Made by a program: the position numbers and the translations under genes. From Malacoraja senta (taxonomy: Eukaryota), in the NCBI GenBank assembly GCA_038087875.1, contig CM075991.1:7938001-8002000 (forward strand): DNA of 64,000 bases. The letters run 5' to 3'. Within the stretch, counting starts at the first letter, position 1. Each line of letters starts with the position of its first letter. The notes beneath the pieces were generated by a model. That model did no database searches. It saw only the letters and a list, made by a program, of their open reading frames with translations, and had not been told where the DNA came from. This document shows, piece after piece, positions 24,429 to 36,467 of the stretch.

Positions 24429-24710
24429 CACTAACTTTGGGATGAAAACTTCCCCACATGGACTTCCTCTCCCACTCCCATCTCCTTGCGATGATAATTG
24501 GTTCTCTGTGGAGCAAGTACTGAGGTTCAATCTGGAGTGGCAACCCCTGATGTGTATGGTGGCAATGCTGTCGGAACAGACTCCAATCAGGACATTTTCT
24601 CCTAAAACTGCCTGAGGCTTTCACCATCAGCAGTTGGCACTTGTTAAGGTAAGCAAACAGTTTCTTTTTGCTTCAAACTTTGTAATCACTTCTGCAGACT
24701 CATAGTTTTA

Positions 24711-25137
24711 AGGGGCTGTCCCACTGCGGCGACCTAATTGAAGAGTTTAGGAGAGTTTGAAAAAAATGTCATGTTGAAGACCTCCTTCGACCTCCTTCGA
24801 CTATGTTGAAGACTAGCTACGACCAACTTCGGGAAAATTGGACACCGAATAGTGGAGAGTGAAGACGACCTCCTTCGATCTCCTTCGATCTCCTTCGACC
24901 TCCCTTCGACTATGATGAAGATTATCTACGACTAACTTCGACCACCCTCGATTACCTACGACTAACATGCCGACCTACTACGACTAAACCTACGAGTTTT
25001 TTTTCCATGGCGACCTTTTTTTACTCGCGGGCATTTTTCAGCATGTTGAAAAATACGCCCTTTGGAACCAAGCTGATGCCTCGAGTACGCAGAGACTACT
25101 CTCGAGCATGAAGGAGAGTTACAAAGACCTCCTAGGA
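24711..25137. mobile_element. PIF/Harbinger-type MITE, 500-bp family, right end missing
   Basis: TTA|AGGGGCTGTCCCACT start; colinear with 35408-35906 and 44141-44637. Confidence 0.85.
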
Positions 25138-25574
25138 TCTCGACCCGAAACGCCACCTATTCCTTCGCTCCATAGATGCTGCCTCACCCGCTGAGTTTCT
25201 CCAGCATTTTTGTCCACTTTCTGCAGACTCATAGATCAGTATGGGAGGTCATAGAGTTCTCCATCTTGGGCGATCCAGTGGAACTGAGTATATCTTGCTT
25301 CCACTCTGGTCTTGTGGGATCAGAAGTGATCAGAAGATAGTGAGACCTGCATACTCTTCTGTGGATCGGGCTGGAGCTGCCGGATGGGATGGGTGGGTGG
25401 TGAGGTGACGGTGTGAGGTGACGGATGCCTTCCACTACGCATAGGGTTTTGACTCTTCCTGGTGTCCCATCTTGAGGTTCTCCATATATCCCGAATATTC
25501 CTTCCCCATTCTCTATTCTGCTTCTTCAATCCCCACTTAGCCCCAATTCTGAAGAAAAGTCCCCAACCATTGGA

Positions 25575-25853
25575 CTTTAGAGACGCAGTGTGGAAACAGG
25601 CCTTTCGGCCCACCGAGTCCACACCGACCAGCGATCACCGCGTACACCAGGGACAATTTACAGTTTTACTGGAGCAAACTAGCCTGCAGCCCCCACATGT
25701 CTTTGGAGTGTGGGAGCAAACCAGAGCACCCGGAGAAAACACAGGTGGTCACAGGGAGAACGTACATTCTCTGTATGGACAGCACTCGTAAGTCAGGGTG
25801 GAACTAGGGTCTCTGGTGCTGTAAGGCAGCAACTCTACCGCTGTGCCACCATG
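25575..25853 (-). mobile_element. HE1/V-SINE
   Basis: Reverse-complement SINE head gctgtaaggcagcaactctaccgctgtgccaccatgc. Confidence 0.8.
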
Positions 25854-27098
25854 CTTCTTCCGGGTGCTTTGGCACACTCCAAAGAACTTTTTTTTTCCCG
25901 GGGTGGAAATGTCAGCGACTAGAAGACTTAAATTTAGGTAAGAGGGACAAAATTTAAAAGAGATGTGTGGGACAAGTTTCTCACACAGAGTATGATTGGT
26001 GCATGGAACGTGGGGCCAGGAGTAGTGGTGAAGGCAGACATGGCAGTGGCTTTTAAGAGGCTTATCAATACGCACGTGGACATGCAGGGAATGTCGAGGT
26101 AAGGACCACGTGTAGGTGGAGGAGATGAGTTTAACTAGGCAAAATGTTCTGGCATGGACATTGCGGGCTGAAGGGCCTGTTCCTGTACTGTACTGTTCCG
26201 TAGGTAGACACAAAATGCTGGAGTAACTCAGCGGGACAGGCAGTATCTCTGGATAGAAGGAATGGGTGACGTTTCCGGTTGAGACCCTTCTTCAGACTGA
26301 GAGAAGTCTAAAGAAGGGTCTCGACCCGAAACACCACCCATTCCTTCTCTCCAGAGATGCTGAGTTACTCCAGCATGTTGTATCTATCATCAGTGTAAAC
26401 CAGCATCTGTAGTTCCTTCCTACACCGTACTGTTCTGTGTTCTGTGCAGTGGGTGAGGCATCTTGCAATATGCCAATTTTTCATAAGGGAAGTTTGAAAA
26501 CTCCAAGGGCTGTGTTGCTGCCAGTGTTCAGCAGGAGTTTATTAAGCTGCACAGATGGTGAGGAGCTGCTTGCAACCAGAAAACAAAATGGGAAGTTGCA
26601 GCCTTTGAAGAAGTCCACAATGATCTGTTCAATACACACCCCATACCCTGTACCTGGAAAGCAGCCACTTAGCTCCAAATTAAGCAGGAAGCAGATGCTG
26701 TTTAAGAGGATCCAGGTAGCAGCATAACTGCTAGTGCTGCATACATGCTGTGGGAGAGCATCTGTCTCTCCCTCCCTGCTGCCAGATCAGACTGCAGCTC
26801 ACACCAGAACCTAACACTAGAGGAAACCTGACTCCAGAGAGACATTATTGGCGTCTTTAGGATTCAAAGCAGTTTGGCCTGTCTGTGATATGAGCTCAAG
26901 GGGAGATCATAAGACCATGAGAGATCGGAGCAGAATTAGGCCATTCGGCTCACCAAATTTACGAGGATGTTGCCAGGACTAGAGGCTCTGAGCTACAGGG
27001 AGAGGTTGTGTAGGCTGGGTCTCTGTTCCTTGGAGCGCAGGAGGATGAGGGGTGATATTATAGAGGTGGATAAAATCATGAGAGGAATAGATCGGTTA

Positions 27099-27316
27099 AG
27101 GGCCTGTCCCACTTTCACGACCTAATTCACGACCTCTGCCGAGTTTGCCCTTGGCTCATACTCGCAGCATGGTCGTCAGGAGGTCGTAGGTAGGTTGTGA
27201 TGCTAGTCGTAGGTACTCGTGGCATCAAGTCGGTCGGGGGCGGTTTTTCAACATGATGAAAAATGTCCACGAGTAAAAAAGGTCGTGAATTAGGTCGTGA
27301 AAGTGGGACAGGCCCT
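27099..27316. mobile_element. PIF/Harbinger-type MITE (218 bp) inside a CR1 fragment
   Basis: TTA|AGGGCCTGTCCCACTTTCACGACCTAATTCACGACC ... GGTCGTGAATTAGGTCGTGAAAGTGGGACAGGCCCT|TAA, ~36-bp perfect TIRs. Confidence 0.9.
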
Positions 27317-27704
27317 TAAGATGCACAGAGTCTCTTGCCCAGAGTATGGGGAACCGAGGACTAGAGGACAATGGGGAGGCTTGTTGTCATGTGTGGCGGC
27401 AGGCAGTAGATGGGACTGTTCGGTACGTTTGTAGCTTTTGTCCGCGCCAACACATGACAACGCTGGTGTGCAGCCTAGGTTGTATGTGAAACAAAGCATT
27501 TGAATGTACCTGGGTACCCGAGGTACATGTGACAATAAAGTATCGTTCATCTAAACTGTGTGTGAGAGCACGCAGAAGTTGATGAACATATTTTCAACGA
27601 ACTTTTCATGGCCAGGTGCTGGTGGACTGAACGGAGAGTTGGATGAGTTTGAACTTGTGGACGAGCTCTGTTCGGGGATGATAGATCAGCCATGATTGAA
27701 TGGC

Positions 27705-28395
27705 AGCAGCCCCCACACTGCGCATTTCAGCACTAGCCCTTGCATTTTCTTCAGCCGAATATTGCGCCCCTGTTTGGTCCAGGTCATTCCCACACACACC
27801 ATGTGGACACCCAATTGAACTCAACAATGAGGATCATCACAGGAACAATCCGCTCAACACCACTCCCCTGGCTCCCTGTCCTATCCAACATAGCCCCTCC
27901 ACACATCCGGCGAGTAGCCCTCACTCAAAGGATGCTCCAAAAGACCAAAAACTCCCCTCATCTGCCAATTCACATGGACATCTTCAACCCACCCACTGCT
28001 CGACTTCCATCTAGACGACCAATTTGGAAGAACCCACCACCAGCTGATTTCACCACCCAATCAGCTTGGAAAAAGGAATGGGAGTCCAAGGACGTCCCAA
28101 ATAAACATCTGGTGTCAGACCCAACCCTACCGGTCCCTGGCACCAATCTCCCAAGGAAGCAGTGGATGACGCTGAATAGATTCAGGACTGGACATGGCCC
28201 CTGCTTGGCCAGCCTTCACAAATGGGGCAGCAGCCCGACCCCACGGTGTGCTTGTGGAGAGCAGCAAACAATGCAACACATCATTGAAGCATGCCCTCAA
28301 AAAAGACTTAAAGGAGGACTTGTCACCCTTCATACAGCAGATCAAGAGGCAACTGCTTGGCTAAAGGACTTTGCATTCGCTAAATAAATAAATAA
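27705..28395 (+). mobile_element. 5'-truncated Vingi/Ingi-like non-LTR retrotransposon with (TAAA)n tail and 10-bp TSD
   Basis: LRISALALAFSSAEYCAPVWSRS/HTHHVDTQLNSTMRIITGTIRSTPLPWLPVLSNIAPPHIRR...WMTLNRFRTGHGPC..LHKWG..CACG..QTMQHIIEACP (C-terminal Zn-knuckle), one frameshift near 27787; stop runs into (TAAA)n; ATTGAATGGC at 27695-27704 and 28396-28405. Confidence 0.8.
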
Positions 28396-29064
28396 ATTGA
28401 ATGGCGGAGCAGACTTGATGGGCTGAATGGTCTAATTCTGCGATTAGAACCTATGGAACAACACCAAAAGCTGGAGTAACTCAGCGGGTGAGGCAGCAGC
28501 TCTGGAGAGAAGGAATGGGCGACGTTTCGGTTACGTTCTCTCCGTGACCACGTGGGCTTTCTCCAGGAGCTCCGGTTTCCTTCCACATTCCAAAGATGCA
28601 CAGGTTAGCAGGTTAAATGTACTGGAAGGAACTGTAGATGCTGGTTTACACCGGTCAGACACAAAATGCTGGGGTAACTCAGCGGGTCAGGCAGCATCTC
28701 TGGAGAAACGGAATAGGCAACGTTTGAGATTGAGACCTTTCTTCAGACCTGAAACATCATCGATTCCTTTTGTCCATAGATGCTATTTGACCCGTTAAGT
28801 TACTCCAGTATTTTGTGTCTGTCTTCAAATTTGTAGGTTAAATGGCTTTTGACTCCCCCGACCGACCGCGGGAGAAAAGGAGGAAAGAAGATAAGACTTT
28901 ATTGCCTTCCACCACAGTGGGGAATGTGGAGGAGCCGCTGTGGTGGAAGATTATGTTAATTTTTATGCAGTTGTGTGTCTTTTTTTTGTATGACTGGGGC
29001 AAAATCAAAATTCTTTGAATGTTGCAAAACATACTTGGCTAGTAAATTAATTATGATTACAATT

Positions 29065-29809
29065 AAGAGTTCAAGAGTTCAAGAGAGTTGATTGTCATGT
29101 GTCCCAGATAGGGCAATGAAATTCTTGCTTTGCTTCAGCACAACAGAACATAGTAGGCATGAATACAGAACAGATCAGTGTGTCCATATCTATCTATCTA
29201 TATACTTTTAAAACTCTCTGGCTGTCGTCCGTCTGTACTTCTGTACGTCTGTATGTCCAACGTTCTGCTTGACCTGTGCCGCCTTTGATACCGCCTCTAG
29301 CCCACACAGCGCGCGGAAAGGCCCATATTTTTTACCATTTCCAAACAGCCACGAATAGCCACTCCTGATTAAATTCGGTCCTGTTTATGTACAAGTTTTT
29401 TAAATAAAATCCATCCCCCCCCCCATGTGATTTTCTCCGATTGTCTCCGATTTTCTCCGAAAACGACGCCATCTTTTTTTCGCCGATTTTCTCCGATTTT
29501 TTCCGAAAACGACGCCATCTTTTTTTCCACGATTTTCACCCCGGGGTCTGAAGCACGTTCGGGAAAAACACCCCGGGGTCTCAAGCACTTTCGGGGACCA
29601 GACCCAACGGGTCTGCACTTGGTCTAGTACCATATATAAATATACACACACATGAATAAATAAACTGATAAAGTGCAAATAAACAGATAATGGGCTATTA
29701 ATGTTCAGTGTTTTGTCCGAGCCGAGTTTAATAGCCTGATGGCTGTGGGGAAGTAACTATTCCTGAACCTGGTCGTTGCAGTCTTCAGGCTCCTGTACCT
29801 TCTACCTGA
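29065..29809 (-). mobile_element. Rex1/Babar-like 3' end (host of the Helitron)
   Basis: Colinear with the uninterrupted copy at 55156-55433; minus strand carries ..RYRSLKTATTRFRNSYFPTAIRLLN; (CTCTTGAA)n-type tail. Confidence 0.75.
29189..29627 (+). mobile_element. Non-autonomous Helitron (439 bp)
   Basis: Inserted between A(29188) and T(29628) with no TSD; 5' TC; 3' CTAG at 29624-29627; GC hairpin CAGACCC-aac-GGGTCTG at 29599-29615; internal tandem repeats. Confidence 0.88.
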
Positions 29810-30694
29810 ATTACAATTACAATTATGATTAAATTGTAAATTCTGCCCAATGTGTAGTATTGTGCTGGTGTGCAGGGATCACTGGTCAGCACAGACTCGG
29901 TGGGCTGAAGGGTCTGTTTCCATGCTGTATCTCGAAACTAAACTAAACTGGCAGCGAGCTGAGAAGCTGCGTCTTACACAATAGTGAGCTGAGTGCGTGG
30001 CACACAGATATTGCAGTTTTCATTCCAATCATCCATATCAATGAGAAGACAGTCCTTAGAGAACACATCAACAAAAAGAGCTGGAAACAAGCAGATCAGT
30101 TAGTATCTGTGGAGAAGGAAACAGAATTAATGTTTCGGGTCGATAACCTTTCATCAGAACTGGGAAAGTCAGAGATAAACAAGTTTGAAGATCAGCTACT
30201 GTGTACTGTGAATGGAATGAAATCAATTAAAATTCAATTTATAATGAGCTTCGCTGAGGATGAATGCATGAGTAAATGGCACATTCTGTAAGTCCCTTCC
30301 CGAAGTAATCCCCCTTGGGACCAACCAATCTCACACCGGCTCTGTGTTCGAAAGATCTCCGGAGAGAGTAGAGGTGTAATTTGATATACTGTGAGTAATG
30401 CCTTGGAAGAAAACAAGTAGAATAGGTGGAGGGAGAGAGAGGCAGATGGATAGGCAGTAGATTCACTGTGTGCAACTAGATGATTCACAGTGGACTGAAT
30501 GCTGCATGTAGCACACAGCATGCAGATGTGTCGTTGGTAGGGGTGGGGGAATGGGACTGCTGTCAACAAGCTCAGCAAAGAGTCCAGGTCTCAACTGCTG
30601 AGGTGTCAGCTTGAGATTTGATCTTAAAGGCACAATGATGCCTGCTAATCATTAATTTTGGAATATTATTCAGCCGTATAATGCATTTATAAAA

Positions 30695-30788
30695 TGTCAG
30701 CTGTGGCTCAGTGGGTAGTGCTCCGGCTTCTGGGCCAAAAGATTGTGGGTTCAAGTCCAACGGCAGGGATTCGAGCAAATAAATCTAC
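30695..30788 (+). mobile_element. Old tRNA-derived SINE head (SacSINE1/DeuSINE-like)
   Basis: gtcagctgtggctcagtgggtag (A box) ..gggttcaagtcc (B box). Decayed Deu-domain-like pieces also at ~1550-1720, ~7150-7250 and ~20960-21055 (minus). Family name from memory. Confidence 0.5.
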
Positions 30789-31081
30789 GTTACGAAGGAT
30801 AGACACACAATGCTGGAGTAGCTCAGCGGGACAGGCAGCATCTCTGGATAGAAGGAATGGGCGACGTTTGCGGGTCGAGACTTTCCTTCAGACTGAAGTC
30901 AGGGGAGAGGGAGATACATAGGTAAGGAAGTGTAAGGTGTGGAAATGGGACAAAGGGAATGAAGATCAAGGAAAATGTAGAATAGATCATTGTTAGCTGG
31001 GAGAAGATGATAACAAAGCAAACATCGATAAAATGTAGTCGGAGACGGTAAGACTGGTCGGAGAACTGGAATAAAGTCTTA

Positions 31082-31463
31082 AGCCCCTGTCCCACTTAGG
31101 AGACCTAAACAGCAACCTCCAGTGACCTTGCCCGCCACCCAAGGTTTCCATGAGGTCACCGGAGGTTTTGGTCACTCTCCCTAATGGTCGAAAGTGGTTT
31201 CCGCGTGGTCGAGGCTTCATCTACGTTGCTGTTATTTTTTCATTATGTTTAAAACTGGCCTCGACTAAAAATAGGTTGCCGTTTTAAAAATCGATCATTT
31301 TTTAGTCGCAGGTCTAGTCGAAGCCGGTTTTCTTCATAGTTGAGGAAGGTTTTCAACATATGCGTGGGAGGTGGTAGGAGGTTGCAGGTCACCTCGACCT
31401 TGATTTTTTTTGGGCAATGTCACCAGCGGTTGCTGTTCAGGTCTCCTGAGTGGGACAGGGGGT
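31082..31463. mobile_element. PIF/Harbinger-type MITE (382 bp)
   Basis: TTA|AGCCCCTGTCCCACTTAGGAGACCT ... AGGTCTCCTGAGTGGGACAGGGGGT|TTA. Confidence 0.88.
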
Positions 31464-33029
31464 TTAGCCTGCTCAACCTCTCCTTTTAGCTCAGGCCCTC
31501 GACTCCTGGCAACATCCTCGTAAAACCTCTCGGCACCCTCACTAGCTCAACGACTGTACACAAGTTTCCAGTATTACAATTGTAGGGCCGAAGGGCGTGC
31601 TTCCACGCTGTATCTCTAAACTATAAAAAAAAACGAATTGTGAAAAACATCGATGTTGTGAAAGTGGAAAGTCTTTGTACAAAAGACGGCGAATGAATCC
31701 CTTGCCCCACACAGGGTCTTGTCGATTTGTTTGTCAAATTGTGGATGTTGCGCGCGGCTGGTCAGGGAGGATTTGCCCAATGACGGGGAACAGCTTGAGT
31801 GAGCCTAAGAGCTTATCTCCATCCTTGACTTTGCTCGTATTCTTACAAATGAACGCATGCCAAGGCCAATGTGGTACTTGGAGCTGGCTTTCATGCCACA
31901 TTGCACACTGTTAGAGGATGTTACAGCGTGATATACAGGTAATCTCTGCTCCCACGTCTCCATGGCAGCAGGGCATTTTCATGGAGTTTAGAGCCATCTT
32001 GAAAATTGGCATCAACGCTGCTAAAGCTCCAGACTCTTCACTTGGTTGCATCTTCACACTCTAATTTCTGAGATACATTAACCTTTGAGCAGTTTTTTTC
32101 TTCTTAATGGCATAAGGCTCTCTCTGGGGAGATGATGGTGCTGACACAAATCTCCTCTCGAGCACCTGGGACCAATGCAACTAAACTCAGCTAAACCATG
32201 CTCACGTAGAAGTGATGATCATCTGCTGTTGTTTGATCCCATGCCTCTGTCACCTCTAGCTTGACTATCACAGTACATCTTGAGTCTGAAGAAGGGTCTC
32301 GACCCAAAACGTCATCCATTCCTTCTCTCCAGACGTGGTCCCATCCCGCTGAGTTACTCCAGCATTTTGTGTCTACCTTCTGAGGGGACTTGGCTTGGTA
32401 AATGTAAAAATTGTCCCCAGTGGGTGTAGGAGGGTGTTACTGTGCGGGGATCGCTGGTTGGCGCAGACCCGGTGGGCCGAAGGGCCTGTTTCCGTGCTAT
32501 ATCTCTAAAAAAACTCGTAAGAGTGCATTGAAATGAAACGTCACATCCATCAGAGATTTTGTTTTGTTAAACTCACGTGCGCAAAGTTTAGATATCGGCA
32601 CTCAAATCTTTAGCGACACGGTATAGATTTTGTTTGTATACACCCTGCTGTTACTCCAGCATTTTGTGTCTATCTTCAGTATAAGCCAGCATCTGCAGTT
32701 ACTCCCTACACATTTTATCTGCTCTGGTGTTCTGACAATTCTTGCTACTTCTGCCATTTAAGTTCCACGCTTTTATTTACGATACCTTCTCACATTACTT
32801 GAAAATCCATGCACGCACACGCACACACACAGTGTGAATCACAAAACCCCTCAGCTTTTGAGCAGCTCCGAGCCATGAACGGATACAGAGTGCTGGAGTA
32901 ACTCAGCATCTCTGGGGAACATGGTTCACCAGTCCATGTTCTGCAGAGATGCTGCCCGACCAGCTGAGTTACTCCAGCACTCTGTGTCCTTTAATGCTCT
33001 AATGCTCAAGACTTTTGGAAATACACCAA

Positions 33030-33336
33030 TACACGGTGGCGAAGAGCGCTTGCAGTGCCAGAGACCCGGGTTCGATCCCAACTACGGGTGCTGTCTGTAC
33101 GGAGGTTGTACGTTCTCCCCATGGCCGCGTGGGTTTTCTCCCAGATCTTCGGTTTCCTCCCACCCTCCAAAGACGCACAGGTTTGTAGGTTAATTGGCTT
33201 GGGTTTGTCTACTTGAGTAAGTGCAAAATTGTCCCCAATGTGTGTTGGCCACGTTGTTAATGTGCGGGGATCGCTGGTCGTTGCGGAGTCGATGGGCTGA
33301 AGGGCCTGTTTCCGCACTGTACCTCCAAACTAAACT
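33030..33336 (+). mobile_element. HE1/V-SINE
   Basis: B box gggttcgatccc, V-domain, (AAACT)n tail. Confidence 0.85.
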
Positions 33337-34199
33337 TAAGTGGTGCTGGATTAACAGATTTGCCAGACTATTGGCTATATTTCTATTAATAACAATTCTT
33401 GCCCAGGCTGCCCTGGTAACATCTCTCAAACACCTCCTCCCAATGAAAGAAAGTAGCTTCCCAAAGGTCCACTTGTTTAAGGTGTACCGCCCCAGAATGG
33501 CAAGGGTAGCAGGCGAGTGGGAACACCACCATCTTCCCAAGTCAAGCTCCATTTCCCAATCTGGAGACGTATCACTGGTTCTTCACCATTGTTGGGACTA
33601 AAATTCCTGAAACTCTCTGGCACCTTCACAGGAAGGACTACAGTCATATAGAAAGACCCCTCAGCACCTTCTTCTCAGCGATGTTGAAGAAGTGGTATTA
33701 AATACTGGCATTTGCCAGCAGTGCAGAGATCCCAACACTGAAGGCAAACATTACCTGTCCAGGTGGCGCAGTGGTGCATTGGGCAGCACAGTGCCGCATT
33801 GAGCTGATAGAGCTTTTCGTTCCCTCACAACGCCAGAGACTCGAGTTCGATCCTGATCTCAGGTGCTGTTTGTATGGAGTTTGCACGTTCTCCCCATGAC
33901 CGGGTGGGTTTCCTTCGGGTGCTCCGGTTTCCTCCCACATCCCAAAGACGTGCGGGTTGGTCGGCTAATTGAGCTCTGTAAATTATCCCTCGTGTGCAGA
34001 GAGTGGATGAGAAAGTGGGATAACACAGAACATAGGGTGAACGTGGATAGACACAAAATGCCAGAGTTACTCAGCGGGTCAGACGGCATCTCTGGAGAAA
34101 AGGAATAGGTGACGTTTCGAGTCCGAGACCCTTCTTCAGACTGAGAGTCAGAAAATAGTTGGTGTGGACTCATTTGGCCAAATCTGTTTCCATTATAGT

Positions 34200-34790
34200 T
34201 TTTTAGTTTTAGAGATACAGCGCGGAAACAGGCCCTTCGGCCCACCAAGTCCGCACCGACCAGCGATCCCCGCACGTTAACACTATCCTGCACACCCTAG
34301 GGACAATTTAAATTTATACCAAATAACCTACAAACCTGCACGTCTTTGGGGTGTGAGAACCCGGAGAAAATCCATGCGGTCACGGTGAGAACGTGTTTGA
34401 ACCGGCCTGTCGCGGAGCTCGGATTCAGCCGCGGGACTGACTTGCCATCACCCGGCGGGGTCACAAGCCTGGATCGCCTCAGCGCAGAGGGAGAACAAAG
34501 AGGGAAGAGACAGAGACTTTAAGACTTTTGCCTCCATCACAGTGAGGAGGTGCCTGGTGAACTTACTGTGGTGGATGTTAATTTGTGTTTATTGTGTGTT
34601 TTGTTATTTATTATTAAATGTATGACTGCACGCAACGAAATTTCGTTCAGACCAAAAGGTCTGAATGACAAATAAAGGAATCTAATCTAATCTAATCTAA
34701 CAGACAGCACCCGTAGTCAGGATCGAACCCGGGTGTAAGCGCTGCAAGCGCTGTAAGGCAGGAAATCTACCGCTGCACCACCGTGCCGCC
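34200..34790 (-). mobile_element. HE1/V-SINE interrupted by a 5'-truncated GC-rich retroposon (34396-34700, +, (AATCT)n tail)
   Basis: SINE resumes at cagacagcacccgtagtcagg (34701); insert is nearly identical to 63045-63349. Confidence 0.85.
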
Positions 34791-35407
34791 TTCCATGTTG
34801 TGTCTCCAAATTAAACTAAAGTCTTAAGGAATTACTGGTCTTCTTTGACGACTAAAAGGTTAATTAAACTAAGAGCCAGGGTGCATTGAACACAGAAATT
34901 CCATTGGGATCGCCCCACCACTTGCAATGGTTGTTCAGGCTTCTCGGCAAGTAGTGGCATGAAACGTATTGCAGCAAACCATTTGTCGGAAGAAGCTGTC
35001 TCACATGGTTACACTGCCAGACGCAGAAGAATCTGTGCCTCAGTGGGATTTGAATCAAGTTCAAAATAAAGCAGGAATATGAAATGAAATGGAAGAAAAA
35101 GTGGCAAGATCTAACAGCAATAATTTCCTCAAACTCCCAACACCAAAGGTGTTTAAAGCTTTCTTCAATTATGAATAGGCTGCTTATCGTATCACAAATT
35201 AATATTTAACGGGCTACAATGATGTGAATTAGGATTTGCTGCCTGAGACAATAATGAATGACTGTGTTTCTGTTCAGAAGTAAAGGATTCAAGGCCTCAC
35301 AGTCTGCCTGAAAGAAATGCAGATGTTCCTTGCAGTTTAGAGCTTCATGGGCTGAATGGCCTAATTCTGCTCCTATCAATTTATGAACATGTGCACGTGA
35401 CAACTAA

Positions 35408-35906
35408 AGGGGCTGTCCCACTTGGGTGACCTAATTGGCGCGTTTAGAAGAGTTTGAAAAAATGACATGTTGAAGACCTCCTTCGACTCCTTTGACTATG
35501 TTGAAGACTAGCTACGACTAACTTCGGGAAAATTGGACATCGAATAGTGGAGAGTGAAGACGACCTCCTTCGACCTCCCTTCGACTGTGATGAAGACTAT
35601 CTACGACTACCTTCGACTACCTTCGATTACCTACGACTAACATGCCGACCTACCACGACTAAACCTACGAGTAAAAAAAGTATCGATTTTTTCCATGGCG
35701 ACCTTTTTTTACTCGCGGGCATTTTTTAACATGTTGAAAAAAACGCCGCGACCTAGCTGAGGCCTCGAGTACGCGGAGACCACTCTCGAGCATGAAGGAG
35801 AGTTACGAAGACCTCCTACGACCTCGTGTCGACCATGCTGCGAGTATGAGTCGAGGGCAAACTCGCTAGAACTCGCGGACTAGGTCGCCCAAGTGGGACA
35901 GGCCCT
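35408..35906. mobile_element. Complete PIF/Harbinger-type MITE (499 bp)
   Basis: TAA|AGGGGCTGTCCCACTTGGG ... CCCAAGTGGGACAGGCCCT|TAA; perfect TAA TSD; many cgacct/ctacga internal repeats. Confidence 0.92.
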
Positions 35907-36157
35907 TAACTAAACTCAAACTCGATACAAATAACCATAAATTAAACAAAGCTAAACCATCACAGAATTTCTATACCTCCTGCTGGTTGAGAGATTAGAA
36001 GTGGCTGGGATCGGGAATAATAACCCCACTCTCCTTCCAAATGCATTGTTAAATCACGTCTGTAATTATTAGGCACGGCATTTGGTCCAACAATCTGTGC
36101 TGGATGAACAAACCTGAACATGCATTAGTCACGCTAATGTGAGAAGCAGTAACAGCG

Positions 36158-36467
36158 TTTAGTTTAGTTTAGAGATACAGCGCGGAAACAGGCCCTTCGG
36201 CCCACCGAGCCCACACCGACCACCGATCCCCACACATTAACACTATCCTACACTAGGGACAATTTTTACATTTGCACCAAGCCAATTAACCTGCAAACCT
36301 GTACGTCTTTGGAGTGTGGGAGGAAACCGGAGATCTGGGGGAAAACCGAAGCAGGTCACGGGGAGAACGTACAAACTCTCTACAGACAGCTACCTGTAGT
36401 CGGGATCGAACCCTGGTCTCTGGCGCTGTAAGGCAGCAACTCTACCGCTGCGCCACCGTGCCGCCCT
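36158..36467 (-). mobile_element. Full-length HE1/V-SINE
   Basis: (AGTTT)n tail through to head ..ctaccgctgcgccaccgtgccgccc. Confidence 0.9.

Larger units (their letters stand above)
28533..29950 (+). mobile_element. HE1/V-SINE fragmented by several nested insertions
   Basis: V-domain at 28533-28617; continues at 28830-28848 and 29832-29950 with (AAACT)n tail. Confidence 0.7.

Noticed and set aside
24560..24655. Strong splice-donor-like AAG|GTAAGC at 24648/24649
   Set aside because: No convincing upstream exon or signal-peptide frame; such motifs occur by chance in 64 kb. RNA-seq would be needed.
27096..27319. TTAA target duplication (piggyBac/Kolobok) for the CTGTCCCAC MITEs
   Set aside because: Fits this copy, but copies at 14388, 31082, 35408, 39087 and 59806 show 3-bp TSDs once the terminal base is assigned to the TIR; PIF/Harbinger is the more consistent reading, though not proven.
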